Source: Gordius albopunctatus (lineage: Eukaryota). From it: 64,000 bases of DNA. The stretch is from the NCBI GenBank assembly GCA_964276515.1, contig OZ193909.1:620001-684000 (forward strand), written 5' to 3'. The notes under the pieces were generated by a model. That model was not told the origin of the DNA. It saw nothing but the letters and a program-made list of their open reading frames with translations, and ran no database searches. A program made the translations under genes and the position numbers. How positions within the stretch are numbered: position 1 is the first letter of the stretch; each line of letters opens with the position of its first letter. Shown piece after piece: positions 40,801 through 52,309 of the stretch.

Positions 40801-43800
40801 TCCCTTGATTCATACAATCAGAGTCATTTTCACACTCGTCTAAAATTTAAACAAATTTTACAAATTTTATTAATTTTGATCGAATTTATACAATAAATAT
40901 TATTATTTTTATTTAATTTAAACCATATTTTTTTGAAATTTTTGAAAGCAGTATTAACATTGGTGTGGCCAAGGGGGGGGGACAGGGGTGGACGGATGCC
41001 CCCCTCTAAATCCTAAAATTTGTTACAATTTATTAAAATTATGGCTAAAATTTCAAAAAATGTTCATTTTGCCCCTTCCTAAATCATTATTGCCCCCTCT
41101 AATCTCAATGCTGGCTACGCCCATAAGTATTAATATTATTAACCGTGGTTCTCGCAAAATCGGCCCGTGTATTTGGGGCTACATTGGCATTTACCACCCA
41201 CAGAAATTCCATTAGGTTTGCATGGATCCAATCCTGATAAAAAAAATAAAAACAAAAAATTAATTTTAAAACATTTTTTATGAAAATTTGAAAAAAATAA
41301 AAAATCATTAAAAATTTTTAAATTGATTAAAAATTGATAACCAGGTTTAATATTGACGTCTGCACAACTCCAAAATAAGTAGCCATCTGGGCCAGCAGTC
41401 CATTCCTTAGCTTGTCGCAAAAGTCGGATAAAACAGTCTTCACACACTAGATTCGAAGGAATTGTCACAGTTTGACTTTGGGTCCTATCAAATTTTTTAT
41501 TTTGAATTATTAAATCAGAATAGCTTTAAAATTCTATTAATTTTTTAAAATAAATTGATAATTAAAAATATAAAAAATAAAATATATTTTTTAAAATTCC
41601 GTTTTTACGTATGGCCCTTGGATTGGACGTAAGTTGTGTTTGAATCCGTGGGAGCGAGCACTGATATGACTTGATTTTTTGAATTTATTAATTCGATTCG
41701 ATAACCTCCCTAAATCAATAATCAATAATCGATAATCAATCAATCATTTATTCATTCACATAAAATCTACCTGGTGGGGATATCCTAAGTGCCACGTCAC
41801 ATCAAATGTCGATCCAGGGAGTATATTAGTGGCTGGTCCCGAGGCTATTATTTAATTAAAAAAAATAAGTGATAATTTTTTTAAACTTATATATTATTAT
41901 ATTATGCGAAATTATTTATATATATTTTTTCTTCATATAAACTTGCTCCGAAATTGTCTTTAAAATATTGAAATTGGAAATAATAATTTGTAAAAAATTT
42001 AATTTTATAAATTAAATAAAATAAAAGTTTGTTTTTAGTTTTATAAAATTTTGTGATTTTTAAGAATTTAAATGGGGTCAATAAATTTTTGTTAATTATT
42101 ATGTCACGGTTGCGACAAGGATTAAAAAATTAATTAATTTTAACCTGGGGCATTAATGTAGTAGTAACAAGGTAATGTTACATTTAACCATCGATAACAA
42201 GATTTATAATTGAATAAACTAATTTTTAATCTTTCCCTCTTATCTTTTTTCCAATATTATAAATAGTTTCCACTAAAAAATAATAATTTTTTTATATATT
42301 ATAACTTAATTATATTCTATTTCTAGGATTAGAATAAATTAGGAATAATTTATGAATATATTACATAGTAAGATTTGGAAGTGAATGAGTTTTATAAAAA
42401 CCTTTGATAAAATATTAACGGACATATCTGGAAATGAGTAAATTATTTATAGAAAGGTTATTAACATAAAAATTTATTTTGGAATGTATAATTAAGTGGG
42501 GAAATAGCGTTTTTAAGGATCTAAAGCTATAGCACATAGCAACCATATGCCGCTATGTCTACTAGCACATAGTCACTTTAAGTGCTATAAGCTATAGGAG
42601 ATGGGAGGTTTGGGGCGCTAAAGCTATAGCCGATAGCACTTAAATGCGCTAGAGCTATAGCAAGGCGCTAACATTGAGAATAATTTTTTTAATTGTTTTT
42701 CTTTTTGAATCATCACCCCCCAGACAGATCTTTTAGTAAAACTAGACTTTAAAAACGCCTTTAACAGCGTAAATAAGGCGGCGTTTCTCGCACCCTTTCA
42801 GAAAGCATACCCTCAATTCTACCCATGCGCCCTCAATAGTTATGGAGCCCTATCCTTTCTACTGTTTGGGAACAAGATTATTCACTCCTCTAGTGGGATA
42901 CAGCAAGGCGATCCTCTAGGCCCAGCGCTTTTCTGCCAAGCTATACAAGGGATCATCCAGAAACTCTCTACCTTAGGAAGCTTTTCTTGCAACCTATGGT
43001 ACATGGACGACGGATTTTTGGTTGGCCCCGCGAGTGAAATACGTAAAATACAGGCGATTATTGAATCCTTTTCACATTCAATCGGCCTCGAACTCAACCA
43101 CTTAAAATGTGAAGTATACAGAAGGGATCCTTCACTAGATCCCTCAACACTCCCCTTTCCTGTCCTCACTCTCGACCAGTTCAGCCACCTAGGCGCACCG
43201 CTTGAGAGGGCCCATATCTTCCCAACGCTTTCTGGCCAAATTTTTAACTTTCATAGAGGCTGTCAAACCTACCCTACAGAAACTAACCCCACACCATGCA
43301 TTTTTTTGGCTAAAATTTCTGCTAATTCCGAAAATAAATCACGCCTTGCGTGCTTCACCTATCTTTGGCTGCCCAGAGCAATTAAATTTAATCGAACGAA
43401 ACATTCAGACTCTTTTTTAAACCTGCTTAAATATAAAGTTTACTCCAGTCCAATGGCTCCAGGCATCCCTCCCTTCTAAGAGTGGGGGAATTGGTATTCG
43501 ATCTCCGCAACAGATAGCATTAGCGGGTTTTATATCTTCACGCATGAGTACCGATCCCCTTATCTCTGCCATGACATCCCTCCCAGACCCGCACCTTCAC
43601 GAGGCTCTCCACAGGTGGGACGCCGACAAGCTCGAGTCAGCCGAACGACCACTCGGTGTGACCCAAAAGGAATGGGATCTTCCCCTAATAGCACGTTCCG
43701 TCGCTTTCCTTTCTTCGAACGAACTATCTCATGGAAAACTCCTGTTCAATTCGGCCTCTTCCAAGAGCGGTTACGAGTGGCTCGAAGCTATTCCGAGCAG

Positions 43801-46800
43801 GAATTTGGGACTCCATATGTCTGGGAAGGAGTTACGCTAAGCCATAGGCCTCCGTCTCGGATGCGACATAGTATCCCTTTTCGTATGCGATCTCTGCAAA
43901 CAGCCGGTCCAACCCAATGGTCGTCATCCCCTCCATTGCAAATACAGCAAAGGCCGCAACCCCAGGCACACGGCAATCAACAAAATCATCGACCAGTACC
44001 TCAGAAAGGCTGGCTACCCAAACACCTTAAAGCCCGTTGGCCTTAGCACCACCGATGGGAAAAGACCAGACGAGGTCACACTCATCCCATGGTCCCGTGG
44101 ACTGAATCTCACTTGGGACTTCACCACGGTCGACATATTTGCCCCATCCAACTCCTCTCCCGACCTTATAGTCAGTGCAGAGAATAGGAAGACAGCCAAA
44201 TATTTTTCCCTCGCGGGCAACCATAATTGGAAATTTAGGCGTTTAAGCTCTCGCTCTCTTGAAACAAATTGGAAGAGCGATCTCCAGCGTCTCTTTAGAT
44301 TTGAAAGAATACTTTTTTATCAGGCAAAAGATCACAATGGAAATCGTTAAATCCAATACGATTTCAATACACGGATCAATGCCATCCGTTTAGTTATAGC
44401 GCGTTTATAAAAATATTTTTAGTCGTGTATGTAATTTTTTGTATACCATTTAATAAATTTTCAATTTGTGGGGAAAAAAATGTTTATTAAATATTAAAAT
44501 ACAATAACATGAGTGAGTACGCACAAGTTCATATTATACTCTATTGTTTTCATTGAAATTATTATTATCAATGTTAGAGCCGTGCTATAGCTCTAGCACA
44601 TTTAAGTGCTATCGGCTATAGCTTTAGCGCCTCAAACCTCCCATCTCCTATAGCTTATACCACTTAAAGTGACTATGTGCTAGTAGACATAGCGTATTTA
44701 ATAGGCTATTCCCATCAGCGGGGAGGTGCTGAGCGCGCTAGTGCTAAGCGTTTTCCCATCACTACTATTTTTAAATAAAAATGATATATTTGGTTAATAT
44801 TATGAGAAAATGAATAAGTCTTGCTCATTAAAAGATTCTATTTTTCAGTAACAAATTATGTTAAAAAATAAAAACAAATTAGTAAAAAATTTTTTGTTAA
44901 ATATAATTAAAATCTTATTTCATTTAGAACGAGGCATTTTTCCTTGAATTATTTAAGAAAAAAGGCAATATTAAATTTTGTTTTTATTTTAGATATAATT
45001 TAAGTTAGAATTTATATTAATTTATTCACATTATTAGTCCAAATAGATAATTTAAAATAATGTTCCTACCAATTGTATAACTATAATATTAGACATTGTT
45101 AATTATATAAATTTTGATAGTTTTCTCAATTATGATCAAAATCTCAAAATGCTAAAATAAACAAAGATTAAATTTAAATGAGTGTGAAAAAGTTAAAAAA
45201 TGACAAACTCTTTGTCAACACATCAAATTAAACAGTAATAGTATTTAAGAAATGGCCTGTAAAATTAGGAAAGGTCAAAAAGAAAATGCATAGTTATTTT
45301 AAAAAAATTACCTATATGGAACACGAGAACTCTAAAAAGATTTTTTACAATGTCAAAATTAATATCGGGCACCTCGTTTAATTTTGAGATTTTCAAAGTT
45401 TTTTAAAACTTATTTTCGGAAGCTTTTCAAAAAAATAAATTCAAATTGTTTTAAAAATTTGTACAATAAATTCCATGTGTGCTCTCAGGGAATAGAATGA
45501 GAAGGGGGTATATTATCATTTTCTGAAATTTTTATTTTAAAAGTTTATATAAAAAATAAAATAATGCTAAAATCAATTGGAATTTAAGTCATTTTAAAGG
45601 CTGATATTTAAAGGCAATATACTAAAAATAAATAATTTTAACCTTGAAATTCAATGGCCACACTGATTAAATACAATTGAAATGCCGTTTAACCTCGTAT
45701 AAAAAATACCTGAGGCCATAAAAAGTATTTTAAAATCTCCTGTCTATTTAATCGTGGATAATTTAGCGTTATTTATTGAAAAATTTACAAAATCGAACCT
45801 TAATTTCCGAGTTATTAACTCTTATTGTAATAAAGAGTAAAAAAAATTAATTAATAATATTTCTTTTTAACGGAACTTTTTTATCTGGAACCCCTATCTA
45901 ACTTACAGTAAGGTGCTCTACATTTATTAGGGTAAACTCTATCAGAATTAGAATATGACTGCAAGGCAAAACCCTAAATAGATAGAGTTACCATAGTTTG
46001 ACTTAGATGCCATAGAATATCAATTACAGATTAGAAACTCTTCCTGTAGAATTAAAATTAATAAATTATAAATTTCTAATATTATACATCAAAAATTAAT
46101 TAAAAAGCAAGCATTTTTATTAATTATGTTCAGAAATAGAGTATAAATTATTCTTGTTTTATACTATATTTTTCATAAAATTACTTTTTGTTAATTTTAA
46201 AACTGTTTAGACTCTGTTGAAATAACATGAGGTTAAATAACAAAATAAAGGAAAATAAAAACCTAGTGCTTTAATCACTAACCTTGGATGAAGGGGGCTG
46301 GCGATCGATATCAACAAGTTACCAAAAATTTAAAAGCCAAAGCATTTTAATATCAAAAAAAGAATTATAAATTATTTTTTGACAAAATAATTAAAAATTT
46401 TATTTGTATAAATTATTTGGTATTTTATTAAAAAAATAACTTTTGACCAATGAACTCGTTAATCTAATCATTAGCCTTAAAAAGTATTTTTAAAAAGCTT
46501 AGATTTCAATCGTTAGCATCAGTCTGGCAAAAATTGGGGAAAAACTAAGCAATTTAATCAAAAATACTTGGCAAAATATCCAATATTTACCCTAAAATTT
46601 GTAGCAAAACAATCCGTTATATTATTTAAAAAAATGAAATACCTGACGGAACACCACAGGGGCCCGATGTTCTGACATTGTCTAAAAAATCAAAGGGATA
46701 CGATCTTGCAGGTGGGTAGGTTAATCGAATATGACCCAAAACTCCGTTATATTTATAAAGCGTTAGAAATATCAATAGCAATTTTTTTGCCAATCCCCTG

Positions 46801-46895
46801 GAACCAGAATTATGGCGGGAGATTTTGGCATTTTGGCGCCTTTTTTCCAGCGACCAGAAGGATTCAGGATCTGACCCACTCACCGACAATGGCAT
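34826..46895 (-). CDS. Secreted, probably GPI-anchored multidomain protein: His-brace LPMO-like domain, 2x EGF, DOMON split by a Pro/Ser/Thr/Glu-rich insert, second DOMON, SEA, Cys-rich VWC-like module, hydrophobic tail
   Basis: Exons 5' to 3': 46895-46643, 41844-41771, 41709-41609, 41484-41342, 41233-41144, 40839-40717, 40625-40449, 40170-39287, optional 39243-39198, 39100 (or 39098)-38894, 38755-38646, 38596-38500, 37295-36995, 36745-36554, 36075-35996, 35751-35588, 35512-35454, 35311-35157, 35070-34826. All are GT-AG and phase-compatible; the junctions at 39287/39100 and 35996 are less certain. Motifs: LLLIFLTL...VLG|HIRLTYPPAR, WHLGYPHQGG, FWSCADV, WLGLGWRP, HPMDC, IKYHG, WTGIGFS..KMPNSD, INRH, FKKGSVIV, SLITCLLLLLLTFLS*. 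Confidence 0.9.
35811..35947 (-). mobile_element. hAT-type MITE copy with a perfect 8-bp TSD
   Basis: gttactgc at 35803-35810 and 35948-35955. Confidence 0.9.
37426..38325. mobile_element. pogo-family terminal fragment interrupted by a GC-rich element (37640 to ~38283) with GGCCCG/CGGGC subterminal repeats
   Basis: TA followed by AGGGAGACCTGGGCTAT at 37426. The pogo-family sequence stops at cccataag (37639) and resumes near 38284. The insert shares GGAGCTCGGGTCGGGCCTGATG with ~56679-56700. Confidence 0.65.
40958..41125 (+). mobile_element. hAT-type MITE copy with a perfect 8-bp TSD
   Basis: agtattaa at 40950-40957 and 41126-41133. Confidence 0.92.
42551..44694. repeat. 134-bp inverted repeat arms (42551-42684 and 44561-44694) of a foldback/MITE-like element
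   Basis: CGCTATGTCTACTAGCACATAGTCACTTTAAGTG...AACATTGA and its reverse complement, with few mismatches. The arms are rich in GCTATAGC units. Confidence 0.9.
42711..44480 (+). mobile_element. CRE-clade non-LTR retrotransposon with restriction-like endonuclease, 5'-truncated and disrupted
   Basis: KLDFKNAFNSV, GIQQGDPLGPALF, LWYMDDG, QASLP..GGIGIRS, WLEAIP..LGL, CDLC..H..HC zinc knuckle, RH..IN, GKRPD..LIPW..G..WDFT. AATAAA at 44452 and an A-run at 44474-44480. Confidence 0.9.
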
Positions 46896-48619
46896 TGCAC
46901 TGGAGATAAATTATTTAATTTTAAAAAATGAGCAAAAAAGGTTAAGATCAATAAAATATAGCATCTACATTAATCTTTTTTACAAAAATACATTTCATTT
47001 TTATATAGTTTTAAACTCGAAAGAATAATATTATTTTATTTTAAATAAATTTTATGTTTAATCCTTAGTGGATTTTAAAATATAATACATTATTTAAATG
47101 CAAATAGGTCCCTAAATTTTGTATAAATTATTTCAGGATTGCAAATAATTTTAATCCCCATAATAGTATTAAATTTTTATTCTATAGATATAATAATGAT
47201 TACCTTGTTTCTCCAAACTCCTGGAATTATTCAATATAAATTTCCCCAATTTATTTTCAAAATATTACAAATTAGACGATGTAATTATAAGTTTTTGATT
47301 TAATTTAAATTGCGTAAATAAAGGTTAAAATGTAAAAAGTAAATCCGGTGTGTCACCTATATTATTGGCTAAGCATACCAAGTTTAAATCAAGGTTTAGA
47401 GGGCCATAACGCAAAATATAACCTTGCGTTGTCGCGCTATATAATGTAAATGTTAGTCGTTAAATTTATATACGTGAAATATTTAATCTGACACACTAGG
47501 GAATTTCAAATGGGGAGATGGGGGGGATGGAACCCCTGTTAACCCACGCATCATATTATGAAGTATACAAAATGTTTCCCATAGTTTAATGATAATTTAT
47601 CTTATTTTTTCCTGTTTTTCCAAATATAAATATATATAAAAATAGTTGGGTTTGGGATCATCTTTTTATAAATTTAAATTTCTTTAAATAAATATGTTAA
47701 AACGGCATATGATTCACTAATTTTTATTGGCAATATAAAACCTTACAAGTTTGTAACCATTTAAAATTATGATTTTCTTAAACAAAGCACGTGCAGCTAT
47801 TCATTTTATATCAAAAAAAACTTATTGCAAAATAGAGACAATTTTCTATATTTTGTCGATATTTTATGCTATAGCTGATTCTAAATCTTTTTGAATATAC
47901 CAGACCTCTATATATTAAAATTTTTATATGTTTAAATTGTTTTTTAAAAAATATCTTCATTCAGATAAGATATAAAAGTAGAGCATTTTTTCACTTTTTG
48001 ACCTACAAATTAAAAAGTTATGATTGTTCGGCTGCAAAAATGTTGGATTTTAACATATAATTATATAAAAGACGCAATTCTTACAAATCACGCTAAAAAA
48101 TTTCGAAAATAATTATATAGTTTTACACATTAAAAAGGTGAAATAACTTTTAGAAAACAAAGTAACATTGCATTTTTATTTTAAAACTAATATATATATA
48201 TAATTTTGGGCAATATTAACAAGTGGCAACTATTTTGATGTCCATTATTTTTTACCAAAATCTTCAAATTTTTGTCAAAATTCATTTTTCATTTCGTTAA
48301 TAACATTTTTATTATAGTTAGACCTAATATATAGCTATGTTTTAAAAGATTTTAGTAATAGTTTCTTAATTAATTTGGCTTTAGTTACATAATATTATGA
48401 ACTCTATATTATATCCGATCCTTAAATAATTTTATTTTCAATATTTATTTGTACGTGAAAAAAATCCCTTATATAATCTTAAAACTAAAAAGTCATGTTC
48501 GTTAATTACAAATATCTAGATCATTATCATCTAAAACAAGCTAAGAGTCGGCAAAATAGTTATATCGCACTATAAAAATTCTAAGCGTTTTATAAGTAAA
48601 AAGGACGCGGGATATCTAG

Positions 48620-50330
48620 ATTTCGGGGAAGGTTTTCCGATTTATTTGAAATATTTATGGGCTGTTTACCAAAAATACCAGAGAATGAGGCAACAACAGG
48701 GATAAAGATATTGGATGACAAGAGGGCAGAATATTAAATCGGTTTAAGCTCCTGTGCGATGTCGATAGGGTCGTGGTTAAAATCAAAAGGGGTAAAAGGG
48801 TGGATAGTAAAATTCAATTTAAGGAATAAGCCATTTTGCCAAGGGACTAGAAAGGAGCCGAGGCGCATTCCTTTCAAATCAGGATTCGGGCTTCATAATT
48901 GAGGGGACACTTGATTTCTAAGGGCAGCTTGAATTCATAAGGCCATGAGTGCCTCACATTTTTATCATTTGCGAGGTAGTGAATAGGGTCCTTGCCTTGC
49001 TATATTTATCTGCTGAGGTAGGACAATTCCGACAAGGGAATTCCTAAGTATAACTAATTTCCAACCTTGAAGCTATGGGATATGAAAGCTCAAGTCGTCA
49101 AGCAGCATTCCCAAAAATTTGCTGGGATAGGCTTCCGAAGCGAGAGAATTAAGGTTATATCGTTGGCTATTATCGCCGCCTTATAAAAGGTAATCAATGG
49201 AGCACCCTACTTGACCAGAATCCCAATGTTTCGAACTTTGAGGTTGAATGATCGCTGCTGGATATTTATATGCCATATCTCCAGAGCTTGAATTATCAGA
49301 GGGTCGGAATTTCGGGTTTTTAGTTTAGGAAACAAACCGCGACAGAATGAAGAACACATACTTGGGGAATTAGGTATCTGCCAACAGAGGCTTTTGGATA
49401 TGGAAGTATTAATGAGGAACCTCAAAGGACATATCTACTAAAAGTAGCGTCTAATAAAAGGGGGAAGCTATGAGACAATGTTTAACAATTTCGTAAAAGT
49501 TTTGAGGAATAGGGGGAATGGCATGCAATGAACGTCAAAATATCAGTAGTTGTTGTAAGGAAAGCTATTAGAATTATTCTTAAAAATTTATGTTAGCGGA
49601 TTACATAACTGCGAATGTATCAGGGAAAAAAGTGATAATAAAAAGTTTGATAACACAAAACGATAGAGATCTATCCAATTTTTGAAGATAATATGATTTA
49701 CTAAATCCCCTCCATGATGAAGTATATAGTCAGGCTGAAATTTGATTGATTAAGGATGGGATTGAAGCAAAAATGTTAACACAAGTCATCTTTATTGAAA
49801 TCCTTACTAGGTGATAACTAAATGAAATCGATTGGTGGAGTAGATCAAGAATCAGTAGAAAAGGAGTTAATCTATCGATCAGATCTCTAAAACAAACGTT
49901 GGCTTTAAAATAATTGGTCTGGAAAAGGTTTGTGCGGTCGTCGGTAATATGGCTCGGATATGCTATGCTCTTGATTTTTTAAGAAGATTGTGCATCAGTG
50001 ATGCTTAAGGCTTAACAACGGCATATGTTATTAAAGGCCTATCATGGAATATATATGAGCGGTTTAAAAATAAGATCGGATAATTAACCATAATTTTAAC
50101 GAGCATTGCTTATCGTTATAGCCCTTTAATAGAATATTTTATATAATAAGACTTGTACAGGAAGAGAGAAGCATACCTAAACACCGTCGACACCCTGGAG
50201 GAATACTTATAATATTAAGGTTAATGAATAGATTGGACAAAGTTTATCTGTGGAAAATAAAACTAGGTAATAAAAATGGAAAGGCATCCTGAAATTCTAT
50301 AGCTTTAATTTTAATTTGAATCTTTAAGCT
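48620..50330 (-). mobile_element. Highly decayed LINE-like relic (CR1/L2/Jockey group uncertain)
   Basis: Scattered minus-strand remnants in RT order: NIFASI, FFPDTF, KFLGMLLDDLSFHI. No long ORF. Confidence 0.4.
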
Positions 50331-51338
50331 TGTAGAAGACATATATGGGTCTCAATTTATGACGTCATGCACAACAATACATCTTATCATGAGTCTAGCT
50401 CTGATCTTATCAATTACCCACTATGGATTTTTGTTTAAATTTAACGTCCCTTAAAAGCCATAAACCCAATTCTAAACATGTCTATGGTTTGGTGTACCCT
50501 TGGTTTTTGTGGATCATGGTAGAGGCAGCACAATCGTCACAAAAAGCAGCACAAAATTCGGTTCGTATTTTATCGATTACTTGTTTTTCCTATCATTTAA
50601 GCTTGTTTTAACAAAGGCTGTGCATATTTTTTAGAATTTACGAAGTCATCAAGAAATGTAAAATTGTAATGCAAATTTTTCAATAACTCATAAAGTAACT
50701 TATATTTATTAATACCCATAAATTGTAAATTCAGGAATTATTATCTAAATTATATATGATCTTATTAGGAAAGGTAAAATTGAAAAATACCTGTAATCTT
50801 TTAGAGGAAATTCATTTAAAAAAGGCATTATTTCAGAAGAAACTTTCAAAGGTATTTTAGTTAATGCAGCTTAATTTTAAATTTATATTAACCCTTGCCA
50901 TTTATATTATAATGTTAAACATCCATTTAGTTATTAGTCAATCTTATATGAAAATTAGTCCATTAGCTATAAAAAATTTAATTCAGCTAAATGAATTAAA
51001 AATACAAACAAGAAATCAACACATTTTTAATCCAATAGCAAAATTTTGTAAGACTTATTTTTATCATTGAATAAAAATTTTTTCACCTATAGATGGAAAC
51101 TTTGGATAACCTTTTTGTCATATGGGACAAAGTAATTTCACAATTGGAACAAGAGAAAAAGATAATTTATTAAATATAGTTAATATTATATATGTATTAT
51201 TATAATGTATTTATATTTATTAAAAATTATTGTCATTAATGTTCATTAATAAATCAAGTGTGTTAAGAAGTAGACTTGGATACTTTAAATGTGTTAAAAT
51301 ATTTTCCTTCATAAGTTTACGCTAAATTTATTATTTTG

Positions 51339-51980
51339 TTGATCATTACAAATTATTAAATAGTTACCTACATATAGCTAAGATATATACTTTCATCATA
51401 TCAATCAGCTTTTAAAAATGTAACATACATTAACCTAGCTTTAATCCTCTATACAAATTTTTGGTTCTCATTTTATTAACTCTTTCAGTCTACAACAATT
51501 ATATATATTTATATACATATATACGATATAATTGATGATTACATATATTAAATAATTACCTACATATAGCTAAGATATATACTTTCGCCATATCAATTAG
51601 CTTTAAAAAATATAACATACATTAACCTAGCTTTAATCCTCTGTACAAATCTTTGGTTTTATTTTATTAACTCCTTCAGTCTACAACAATTATATATATT
51701 TATATACATATATACGATATAATTGATGATTACAAATTATTAACTAATTACCTACATATAGCTAAGATATATACTTTCACCATATAAATTAGCTTTAAAA
51801 AATATAACATACATTGACCTAGCTTTAATCCTCTGTACAATTTTTTGGTTCTCATTTTATTAACTCCTTTAGTCTACAACAATTATATATATTTATGTAC
51901 ATATATACGATATAATTGATGATTACAAATTATTAAATAATTACCTACATAAAGCTAAGATATATACTTTCACCATATAA
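51339..51980. repeat. Tandem repeat, ~192-bp unit, ~3.3 copies
   Basis: Units begin (GAT.ATTACA..TATTAA) at 51341, 51534, 51725 and 51918. Confidence 0.95.
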
Positions 51981-52309
51981 ATTTTTTTATGGTTTTCGTG
52001 ACGAACGTGACGAGTTTTAGCTCCCTTTTCTGTGCTGCCTGAACCAAGTCCCCTTTTTGTCGACTAACCTAAAGCAGATAAAAGTATTTTGGTCTCTGTT
52101 TTTCTCTGTTGACCTCTAAGCTTAGTCAAAATTTGAAAAATAGACCAGAGTCGACCGTTAATCTTAGTTGAAAAAAAGGTCTAAACAAAACCCAGCGGTT
52201 TTTACAACACAAGTTCGTAAAATATAGGTTTTTGATGAAACTTTACATAGTCCCGTTAAGGAGCACTCTATTATCAGCTGGCAAATTATTTAAAATTTGC
52301 AGAAATTAG

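Noticed and set aside
45992..46043. Exon-like segment (minus-strand CTACAG acceptor, GTAACT donor) in intron 1 of the LPMO-like gene
   Set aside because: Stops in all three frames, and the flanking exons already join in phase.
49207..49425. ORF with LIIQALEIWHI resembling a Penelope GIY-YIG tail
   Set aside because: No GIY/YIG motif upstream; too decayed to separate from the surrounding LINE-like relic.
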